Below, one piece after another: positions 1 through 10,145 of a stretch of 64,000 nt of DNA. The DNA is from Macrostomum lignano (Eukaryota), in the NCBI GenBank assembly GCA_002269645.1, contig NIVC01000413.1, positions 62,001 to 126,000 of the forward strand. The letters are read 5' to 3'. The notes under the pieces were generated by a model. The model searched no databases. It worked only from the letters and a program-made list of their open reading frames with translations, and was not told the DNA's origin. Both the position numbers and the translations under genes were made by a program. Numbering within the stretch: position 1 is the first letter of the stretch; every line of letters starts with the position of its first letter.

Positions 1-2113
1 CTATTCGTTCGTTTTGGGCCAACAATTACTGTCTTCCGCGTTTGCAGCCCCTGATCATCGAATAAGATTATTGCTCTCCCTCAACTGTCACGCACTTGCA
101 TGTTAGCTGTTGTGTTGTCAATTAACAATTAACATACATCAGTCATTAGATTTTGCGCAATGCAAGTTAAGCAGATTTGGCCGTGGTTAGTATGAACTGC
201 TAGAGCTGTCTTGGACTGCATGGCCACCTTGCGTATTTTATATTTCAGTTCATCTCACACCTCGATAATCCTGCTTAATCCCAAAAAATCGACCCCCCAT
301 CTTCACTTGCAGCGTGAAGAAGTACTCCGGACAGTACTAAGTCGGGATGCTGATGTCCCTCAGTCGCTGGATGAACTTGATCGACTTACGGATACACAAA
401 CCGTGCGACTCTCGTATGACTAAAATCGATATGATCAACTGTAATTTTCATTGCATTCTGACTGTTTTGGTTCTCTAATCCAGTTTTTTGTCCCTAAAAT
501 ATTCAATAATCGTTACTTAAAAACAGGATCACACTGCAATCTTCGCGTTTTTTGGGAATCTGGGGATCTTTGAACGCTTCTGGCACGTCGGTTTTGCCTG
601 TTTAACTTCTCGTTCCTTTTGTTTCAAATATTCATTATGCTATATATTTTTGCGTACAACTTTTATTACGCGTGTATTTTTATATAGCTTAATAATAACT
701 ACTTTACTAGGCGGCTATGTATGTTGTAAATTATTTAGCTAGCTACTATAGTAAACCAAGCCTCTAAATTCGGGAAAATGTGCGTAAATCCCTCTCCAAC
801 CAAACCCCCATTTATACCAGCTGTTTGTTCCTACTTATTGTCACTTCTATAAGTAGTATAGTAAGTCCCATTTTCCCCTTAACTTTGTTTCGCAACAGCA
901 AATATACTACCGATTTATTAAGCTGACTCCTATTCATTGTTTCGTTCTTATAATAAGTCCAAAAGTCTTCAAATAGCAACTGCAAACAAATTCACTTCGT
1001 TGTCTTTTTTCGATTTGCGTGAAAGCGACTTGACTTACTGAACTTCGCGGGAGGAGGATGCTCCTGTCAAAATGGTGATGAGGTGTCCAATTAGTATCAA
1101 ACCTATCTGACTGCCTTGGCAGAGAGTGAACATGCATTGTACACTTCTATTGCGCAGGAGAGCGTAATCTTGGCATTTTCGCGGCCGTGGCCAGTCACCG
1201 CGATGCCCAGATTATAAAAAAACGCGGTTATTAATAATACAGCTAGCTCTAAAATTGGATATACGTGTTGTATTTTAATTATAATTCTCTAATAATGTCT
1301 CTGACAAAAAATTTGATCGACTAAACGCAGTAATAACTATTCCTACGGCATATCTGCTTGCTGTATCAGTTCGATGTCTGACAGCCGGCTTGTGTACGTA
1401 GCTAGATATAGTTATTATCGAGAATATAATTGTACTTCGGACTTGGAGATGCCAAGTTCCGATCCTATAGTCGACTAGTGATTATTTCATTTCTATAAAT
1501 TTGGGAAATTGCTAAATTTGGTGCCTACGGCATGCCCCGCAACGATGCTGATATTGCATGTAACAGTGTAGAAGACAAGTACATGGTCGCATGATATGTG
1601 TGTACTGTTGTAATTTCTGTTTATATCCTAATGTATTACCGGTATATGTTATAGTGGATTTTTATGTAACTTACTGTAAATGTATGTAGCTCTTTCTTGT
1701 GAACTGATATAATGTACATGTAAAACTTTCTCGTTATTACACTTGTTTTATACCAGTGTAAATTACGAAAGGTTACATAGTCCATATACATGTTACATTT
1801 AGGATCTTGAGGCTTATAAATTAAAACTGATTCAAATTGAAAGTGATGCTAGCATGTCAGATTTTTTTAAATAATTCAGATAATTAAAAAAGCCAATTGG
1901 CTTTCACAATTAAATACGAGCATGTTTGTATTTTAATGGTTACAGTGAGACTATATATAACTATTTTTAATTCGTACGTTTAATAGATCAAAATATGAAA
2001 TTAGATGCGCAATGCAATGTGACATACATTATAATGTGAAGCTGTACATGTATTAACATTTGCTTGTCAAATACTACTCAAATTTTACCGAAAAATTACA
2101 TTACGAAGATAGA

Positions 2114-2388
2114 AGGTTGTCATTTTTTCATCACAAAAATTGCCGTTGCTTTTGATAGGAGGGCCGACCCAATGTTCTGCATCTTTCTTATAAGCTCTAT
2201 TGATATTCATACAGCTTTCGTTTTTATAAAATTATGATTCTGCACATACAGAAAATTTTCTAAACGAAAAGTATTATGAATATCAATAGAGCTATAGATA
2301 GGAAAGGCAAGACATATCGAAAGATGAACACTGGGTCTGCCTCCTATCCAAAGCAATAACAATTTTAGTGCTGAAAAAATTAAAACCT
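2114..2388. mobile_element. Degenerate foldback / MITE-like element
   Basis: 2114-2225 (AGGTTGTCATTTTTTCATCACAAAAATTG..GATAGGAGGGCCGACCCAATGTTC..AGCTCTATTGATATTCATA) is an imperfect reverse complement of 2265-2388; non-coding spacer of about 40 bp. Confidence 0.6.
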
Positions 2389-2590
2389 AGCTCCGCCAAT
2401 CTCCGTAGTGTATTTCTGCGGTAAAAACCTGCCTCCTAAAATTTTCCAAGAAATGTACTTTTCCGTCCTACTTTAGTAGTCCTTGGTACATAAAGAAAGA
2501 CACGTATATGCACATATGCAACGACTATATTTAGCTATTAGTAATGCGTTTACATTATCTACATCATTGAAATTACATGTATATCAGCTG

Positions 2591-3041
2591 TCAAGAAAAA
2601 ACTGTCAACTCCACTTTCCATGGACTTAATTGGACTTTCGATTTCGATGATGCCGACTCGCCGATGCGCTGATTGACAGCTGCAGGCGACTCTCCTGTAG
2701 CATCCTCGGTCCGTACACATTCCTGTTCAAGCCGGATTCGCTTACTGATGTCCTGATGGCCGGATTCAGGCTGCCGAAGTTCAACTGAATCACTCGATGA
2801 TGATGAGCGTTTTTGTTGGGCGCAATGCTCGCCAATCGGCTGATCGCGACTGTGTCGCTGTGGAGGGCTCGCCGTTTCCGCCAGTCTCACCAGCTGGTCT
2901 CGAGCTCGGCCGGCCATACCGGCTATCAGTAGGCTGCGTCTCAAATCAATTCCGCTGCGTTTGCGTCGCTGCTGGAGGGCCTTAGCAACCGACAGCTGTA
3001 GAAGTCCGCGAGCTACCGCCACGGCCGAATGGTATCGTTGG

Positions 3042-3076
<35 letters not shown>

Positions 3077-3127
3077 CGGCTTCTCACTACCATCTTCATT
3101 GTTCATGATTTCTGTCTGTCTGTCCAT
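2591..3127 (-). CDS. Immediate-early-response (IER2/IER5-like) protein, 178 aa, intronless, poly-Q N-terminus
   Basis: ARGLLQLSVAKALQQRRKRSGIDLRRSLLIAGMAGRARD matches the pattern of the IER family N-terminal motif (LSxxK..R.QRGG(I/L)xL(H/R)xxL..S.V.R.AR); intact ATG-to-TGA ORF; low-complexity S/Q-rich C-terminus. Confidence 0.7.
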
Positions 3128-3215
3128 AAGTTGAAACCAATTCTAATGGCCGGCAGCTTAGTTCAGCTTTTTGAAGAAGTCAGCTGGCGGTCTACAATTC
3201 CCATAAACGGTAAAT

Positions 3216-3238
3216 TTTTATACCGAATGGGGGGGCGG
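3216..3238 (-). promoter_or_regulatory. Putative core promoter of the IER-like gene (TATAAAA plus adjacent GC box)
   Basis: Minus-strand TATAAAA at 3222-3216, about 90 bp upstream of the ATG; GGGGCGG at 3232-3238; GC-rich upstream region. Confidence 0.45.
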
Positions 3239-4039
3239 TCGGTCACGGTCGCAGCTTTAATAAGCCCAGACGGCCAGACCCTCTCTTTAATTATAGACCT
3301 CGCTGCAGTGAAGGCTAAAACTGCCGTGTGCCAGAAAACCGCCCACTCGATTTCTGCCCCCACTTCAATTGCACCCACCCCCACTGTGCGCGGGTTTCAT
3401 TCATCCATGGGTGGGTGGTGTTGGCTTCGTCTGAGCTAAAAATAGAATCGCCGCGGCCGAAACAACAACCCCGCCGCCTGATTGTCCTGATATTAACTAA
3501 ACTGTGCTAAAAATAGCTACCCAATGGAGGGATTCCCCTTCAGCCACAAACCCCCTCCGCGCCCAGCCCTCTCAATCCAAATGCGGGGGTGTGAAAAACT
3601 AAAAAGTCGGTTGGTTCAAGCCTTGACTGCTGTCAGCCAATTTCCATTCACAGTTAAATGCTGGCTGGGGGCATGGGGGCGGCACGGCGGACTGAAATGA
3701 ATTATTCTGCACGGACTTTGCTGCTCAAACGGGCCGCGGGCGCTATATTATTGTTTTCGCCACATTCAGCAGTTCGTTTCTGGTGCGCTAATTTATAGCT
3801 GGATATGCGAGTGTTTCAAAAGCAAAGGGGATGTCAACTTAAGCACCAGAATGGAGCCCGAAGTTCAGCTCCGCACCAAACCGACTGCAACTTGTCGGCC
3901 CAGACGACTAGAATCGCTGAGACATTCGCTGTGCCACTAGGTTCCGGTATGTCATTGAGTGCTGCTTTGCTGCCAATAAGCAGGACAAATGTGTTAACAA
4001 GAGGCACAAACCGAATCAGTGACTGCAGTCAGCCGGCTT

Positions 4040-4790
4040 CAGCGAGCGCAGCTGATTAGACGTTGTTATCGAGAACTCGATGGCAAAGTACAACGGGGCG
4101 TTTCCACGTTTTGAATCATTTAAACAGCTGCCACCGTCATGGACAGGGCTATCGTTGTTCGAATTCGGTCAGAATTTCTTGCGCCGAGTGCTCTTGTCCA
4201 ACGAACTGGACGAAATTGAGCAGCTGCACTTCAACTGTGATATGACGCGTGTCCCCCCTGCTATCACAAGGGCATGGATTGCCGAAAACCCGCTGGATCC
4301 AAAAAGCTCGGGGTTCCCCCGAATTTCCCCCGAAAAGGTTTCGGTGGGTCCGTATCAACTAAATCAAGCCGATGAATACTCTCGTACATTCAAAACATTC
4401 GTGTCAAAGAGGTTCTCGGTAGCTACGAAGGTGACTCCTGGAGAGACTTTGAGTCGCTCAAATCCGAACTTCCGAGCCATCTGAAGTGTTGGAAGTTTCG
4501 GCAAGAGACGCAGCCAGAAATCTGAAGCAACCGATTCGGTCAGTGGCATCCGTCTTGGATTTTTCTAGCTGTCGTTTTCTCGCGCCATACTTCGAAATTC
4601 TACCGCGTGATTCTTAGTGTCTGACAGCAGCGGACAATCGCTTTGGTTTTAGAGATCCAGGATTGCAACTTCTTCATGGCTACTACTCGTCAGCAAAAGC
4701 TGGAAGTAGGACTGCAGGCTGCGATTGTCATGTAATGGCAGTGCTCAAACTCCTGGGCTGCTACGCTTACCACCAAGATAGCTATCGAAG
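4040..4790 (+). pseudogene. Decayed transposase C-terminus with SWIM-type zinc-finger remnant
   Basis: Pieces across frames: VVIENSMAKYNGAF (last DDE Glu region), FPRISPEKVSVGPYQLNQADEY, SRHTSKFYRVIL, GYYSSAKAGSRTAGCDCHVMAVLKLLG (compare GWYCxCKxGxRTxGCCxHV); several stops and frameshifts; N-terminal DDE part absent. Confidence 0.55.
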
Positions 4791-4970
4791 GTCTGGTGCC
4801 AGCCTTCGCTTTGTTGATTTCGCTCTTCCACGCAGCCTTGTTGCCAGTCTTCATGCCAGAGAAAATGCTTTACCACAGCAGCGAAAGCCTACTGAGCAAC
4901 AGTTTAGCGGCCAGCCAGCCAGCAGTCAGCCAGCAGCAGCTCACGATCCAAGCCTCAGTCTTCAAGAGTC

Positions 4971-5746
4971 TTTGGTCTTCAAAACCGTGGTCAGCAGTGC
5001 TACGCAATTGTTGTTGCACTGTTTCACTGCATCAGCAGAAAAGTTCAGCTCTTTCAGCCGGTCAGAGGTGAACACCGCAATGACCAACCTGATGACGTCT
5101 ATGGCGATTGAGCAAGTGTAGATCAACTTGTCGAAGCTATCCGAAGCCGATATCCGCAGCAGTTTGCGCCAAGACAGCAACACTGCATGAACGAGCTGCT
5201 ACAGTGCATTCTGCCAGAGTTGCAGCTGCAGCGTCATTGCCAAATCGAATTTACACTCGTACGTGCGGTAGTTGCCTGACTAGCACGGTGGAGCTGCCCA
5301 TAGGAGTTCTGGACAATCGTATCCTCAGCATCTCCTTGCAGGAGTTTTCAACCGCGCCGTTAATTCTAGACGGTCTCTATGCTGCTTTTACGGCACCAAA
5401 GCACGTCCCATGCACCAACACCAACTGTGCAGCTGATAGTGTGCAGGAGGATCAGATCTCTAACGGCAGAGTGACCCTGATGCATATAGATCGCATTGGA
5501 ACCGATGGGCAAAAACTGAATATGCAAGTCTGGTGGACAAGCCCAGCAGGTAACATCTCCAGCTTGGGATGTCCAATATTCACAGTGTCCCGTTACGGTA
5601 GTACGCCCTTGGAAGGACACAATACATCTTGTGTCCTGAAGGATGGAGTATGGAATAAGCTGGACGACATGAGAGTTCAAAGAAACTACAATCCATTCTT
5701 TCATGAGCAATATTTTATTACCTTAGTAGCCCTGCTGCAAGTATAA
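4971..5746 (+). pseudogene. Decayed ubiquitin-specific protease (USP, peptidase C19)-like domain inside the transposon
   Basis: Frame 3: Cys box FGLQNRGQQCYAIVVALFHC (Cys codon 4998-5000), stop at 5109-5111, then PQQFAPRQQHCMNELLQCIL (QQD-box-like); shift to frame 2 near 5255: RTCGSC..PCTNTNC (Zn ribbon) and His box GHNTSCVLKDGVWNKLDDMRV (His codon 5618-5620). Confidence 0.65.
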
Positions 5747-6199
5747 AGAGACCCATGGGATCATCGGCGAGCATGTTTACACCATAACCCTTTCTGCAAA
5801 CTAATAACCATACTGTTTCATTTCGTTCAAAAAAGCATCCGGAGCGTTGCTTTGGGCTCCATTCCAGAGCCTTAAGTTGACATGAGATCCCCATTTTATC
5901 CCCTTTATCCCCTGGGACCCCAAGGAAGGGACCCGGATGGGATGTCTCGGCGATTCTAGTCGTCTGGGCCGACAAGTTATCGATTGCAGTCGGTTTGGTC
6001 CGGAGCTGAACTTCGGGCTCCATTCCAGAGCCTTAAGTTGACATCCCCTTTTTACCATCTTCAATCACTGTATAATACGTACTTATACTTATACAGTACT
6101 TGTATTCTTATACATGTAAAACATGTTTAATGTTATAAACTTAATGAATGACACATGAATGACACATTAATGAATAAATGTTAAACATGTTTTATACTA

Positions 6200-7470
6200 A
6201 CTTATACAGGCTGCGGAATACCTATTTGGTATTTAGAAACGCACTTAATCTGTTGTTATACTAAACAGACGTTTACATGTTAATACTTCCAATTCTTGCC
6301 TTGGCCATCAGACATACTAGGATTGTCCAAGGAGAAAATCGAGAAAAAGGTTGATATCATATCCAAAGTATTCTATCATTGGAGAGCGGCAACGCTAAAA
6401 AATGTACAGTTTTACACTTTACAGTTTACAGTTTACAGTTTACATTTTACATTTTACATTTTACAGTTTACAGTTTACAGTTTACAGTTTACATTTTACA
6501 GTTTACAGTTTACAGTTTACGAGCGTACAGTTTACAGTTTGCAGTTTACAGTTTACAGTTTACAGTTTTCAGTTTACATTTTACAGTTTATAGTTTTCAG
6601 TTTACATTTTACAGTTTACAGTTTACAGTTTACAGTTTACAGTTTACGCTTTACAGTTTACAGTTTACAGTTTACAGTTTACAGTTTACAGTTTACGCTT
6701 TACAGTTTACAGTTTACAGTTTTCAGTTTACAGTTTACAGCTTACTGTTTTACAGTTTCAGTTTACAGTTTACAGTTAACCGTTTACAGTTTACAGTTTA
6801 CAGTTTACAGTTTACAAATTACAGTTTACAGTTTACAGTATTCAATTTACAGTTTACAGTTTACTGTTTTCAGTTTACAGTTTACAGCTTACAGTTTTCA
6901 GTTTACAGTTTTCAGTTTACAGTTTTCAGTTTACAGTTTACAGTTTACAGTTTTTAGCTTACACTTTACAGTTTACAGTTTTACAGTTTACAGCAAACTG
7001 TAAACCGCTTGCTGGTTTCATTTGGAATGATTCATTTGGAATTTGGAAGTCTTTAAAGCTGAATGAAATATTAGGAATTTCAGGACTGAAAAAGTCAGCC
7101 CAGCCCGCACACAGATTAAAAATGGAGAACTATTGAAATTACATATTTCCTGTATTCTCTCGATTTTGTTAAAATTGATACGCTTGATTCATCGGATATC
7201 CCTTATAATTGATTTCCAAAAATGGTACACTCGATGTCGCGGCTCCCACGCAGATGCGCATCATTTATCCTGCCTCCTACACGATAACTAAGCTTTAAGC
7301 CATCTAAGAAATTATTATAATCTTCGGATGATTGCAGAATTTACAGTCGGCAATACTCGTAATTCATACTCATAGCCAAATATCAGCTATTACCCAGAAA
7401 TTATTTTAGAATCTGCCTCCCTGGCCTCTCTTAAAACGGATTTGAATTGGAACTTAATTAGCTCGTAATT
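6200..7470 (+). mobile_element. Possible highly degraded CR1/L2-type LINE 3' fragment, interrupted by the TTTACAG array
   Basis: Weak translated hints only: PEIILESASLASLKTDL (7400-7450) resembles the LINE ORF2 C-terminal LP..V..A.SL..FK..L motif; TRCRGSH near 7230. Confidence 0.25.
6404..6993 (+). repeat. 7-bp tandem repeat (TTTACAG)n, about 80 units
   Basis: Direct reading; variants TTTTCAG, TTTACAT, TTTACGC; produces the YSLQFTV repeat ORFs. Confidence 0.97.
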
Positions 7471-7751
7471 CTTGAAACCGTACTGTTAAACTATATTTTT
7501 CATTCAATAAAAAGTTATGACCATACAGTTACTTTTCTTTTTGTTAAGATGCGCCACATCTCTCAGTCGGTCCAAACGAACCGATAAAATGTCAATGCGC
7601 AGTCAAATTTTTCTGGGCTTTAAAAGATTAAACAATATAATGAGTTCCGCATTGTACATAAATTGTGATACTACTAGCAACTATCGTAAAAGTAATAAGT
7701 AGTAAGAATGGGGCCGCCCTCGCCAGGGGCGCCAGCGCGATCCAAGCGGCG

Positions 7752-8420
7752 CCATCCAGGGTCACCAGGGTCACCATCCAGGGTCACCATCCAGGGTCAC
7801 CATCCAGGGTCACCATCCAGGGTCACCATCCAGGGTCACCATCCAGGGTCACCATCCAGGGTCACCATCCAGGGTCACCATCCAGGGTCACCATCCAGGG
7901 TCACCATCCAGGGTCACCATCCAGGGTCACCATCCAGGGTCACCATCCAGGGTCACCATCCAGGGTCACCATCCAGGGTCACCATCCAGGGTCACCATCC
8001 AGGGTCACCATCCAGGGTCACCATCCAGGGTCACCATCCAGGGTCACCATCCAGGGTCACCATCCAGGGTCACCATCCAGGGTCACCATCCAGGGTCACC
8101 ATCCAGGGTCACCATCCAGGGTCACCATCCAGGGTCACCATCCAGGGTCACCATCCAGGGTCACCATCCAGGGTCACCATCCAGGGTCACCATCCAGGGT
8201 CACCATCCAGGGTCACCATCCAGGGTCACCATCCAGGGTCACCATCCAGGGTCACCATCCAGGGTCACCATCCAGGGTCACCATCCAGGGTCACCATCCA
8301 GGGTCACCATCCAGGGTCACCATCCAAGTGCGCCATTCAAGAGCGCCATCCAAGGGTGCCATCCAAGGGTGCCATCCAAAGGGTGCCATCCAAGGGTGCC
8401 ATCCAAAGGGTGCCATCCAT
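7752..8420 (+). repeat. 13-bp minisatellite (CCATCCAGGGTCA)n, about 43 perfect units with a degenerate 3' tail
   Basis: Perfect array 7775-8326; related units GCGCCATCCAAG / GGGTGCCATCCAA on both flanks. Confidence 0.97.
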
Positions 8421-8829
8421 GGACGTTAGCCAGAGGCGCCGATCCCAGGTGCGCCATAACAGGGCGCCATTCTCAACGAGCGCCAAAGCTGCTGCAAAAG
8501 ACACGCCACATGCATTTGCCATTCCTCAATAGAGGGTCAGCAAGGCTTCTTAGTCCTAAAAATGCGCTCTTCAATGGTGGAATACGAAGGCAAAGCATTC
8601 AAAAGATTTTTTATCTTAACGAATTAATTTTTTTTCATTCTAACGCTAGTACCTTTACCATTAAGCGAAGCAAAAAATTTAAATGCCAACACCAAGCACT
8701 GCAAAAATTAAACTCAGATGATTGACATCTTCCAAGATTTTAACACTGTTATTCAAGGTTTTCTTAAACTTTTATACTCATTAATTGAAGCTAATTTATA
8801 GCTCGTATGTCAGCCGGTCGGTTGTTTAA

Positions 8830-8960
8830 ACTACTACTGTTTAGCTGACAGTAAAGTACTACTACTACTACTACTGCTACTACTACTACTACTACTACTA
8901 TTACTGCTAGTACTACTACTACTACTACTGCTACTACTACTACTACTACTACTACTATTG

Positions 8961-9022
<62 letters not shown>

Positions 9023-9023
9023 G

Positions 9024-9076
<53 letters not shown>

Positions 9077-9173
9077 GCTAGTACTACTACTACTACTACT
9101 GCTAGTACTACTACTACTACTACTGCTAGTACTACTACTACTATTACTGCTAGTACTACTACTACTACTACTG

Positions 9174-9244
<71 letters not shown>

Positions 9245-9245
9245 G

Positions 9246-9316
<71 letters not shown>

Positions 9317-9382
9317 GCTAGTACTACTACTACTACTACTGCTAGTACTACTACTACTACTACTGCTTCTATACTACTACTG

Positions 9383-9427
<45 letters not shown>

Positions 9428-9448
9428 GTACTACTACTACTACTACTT

Positions 9449-9536
<88 letters not shown>

Positions 9537-9548
9537 GTGCTACTACTA
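8830..9548 (+). repeat. (CTA)n trinucleotide microsatellite, about 720 bp, with CTG/GTA interruptions
   Basis: Direct reading. Confidence 0.97.
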
Positions 9549-10034
9549 GTAGTAGTAGCAGCCTACTTCGGCAGGCACAGAAATTGCAAATTTCTATAAT
9601 TAACAGAAGCGTAACAGTGCCATCAATCAAAACTTCTAAGCTTCTATTTAGTAAAAAGAATCATACTTTCTATATCGTCAATGGCATTCTTCCACACGTA
9701 GGGGCAACGCCCTTATGAGCCTCCAACGCTTAGAGTGCGCGCCACTAAGAGTTTTACTGCTTGCTCTGGTTTAGAGTGACTAAATTTGGGTTGTTATACA
9801 GAGAGTATTACAGAACTCGGAGAAGAGATGAATGTCGGTGCGTGCAGCAACCCTAGTCAATGCGCGATGTTTCTCCAGGCTTAAGCAATTAACACACAGC
9901 CAGGCATTGTGCAGATTTTCTGGTTTATAACCCTCAGCATCTGAAGCTGCACAAAGCCGAAGCGAAGGCTTGAGCTGAGAGAATAGCTCGCGTACAGTCA
10001 CTGGACAGATGCTTTTAAGACGCACTCAGTTCTG

Positions 10035-10048
10035 GTTGCCATGGAGAC
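10035..10048. promoter_or_regulatory. RFX X-box upstream of stomatin paralogue A
   Basis: GTTGCCATGGAGAC (reverse complement GTCTCCATGGCAAC) fits the X-box consensus; 97 bp upstream of ATG 10146; identical copy upstream of paralogue B. Confidence 0.7.
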
Positions 10049-10145
10049 GCACAGAATACTGCAGAAGCTTGTGTAGAAAAACAGTATTATTTATTTAGGC
10101 GACCAAAATACCCCATGACCAGCGCCCCCTACCCACCCGCGCTTC

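Larger units (their letters stand above)
3827..6048 (+). mobile_element. Spy-like (PIF/Harbinger-ISL2EU-Spy group) TIR DNA transposon, 2222-bp internally deleted copy
   Basis: ~100-bp imperfect TIRs (GGGGATGTCAACTTAAG.. at 3827; ..CTTAAGTTGACATCCCC ending 6048); flanks CAAA| and |TTTT with no TSD; sub-terminal second copy of the TIR motif near 5855-5885; internal transposase-like remnants. Confidence 0.75.

Noticed and set aside
3029-3439. Plus-strand 136-aa ORF with an apparent signal peptide (poly-Leu)
   Set aside because: The poly-Leu is the antisense reading of the IER-like poly-Q tract, and the rest overlaps its promoter
6296-9630. Long ORFs YSLQFTV-, GHHPGSPSRVTIQ-, poly-V/poly-L/poly-S
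   Set aside because: Translations of 7-, 13- and 3-bp tandem repeats, open in several frames, with no unique coding context
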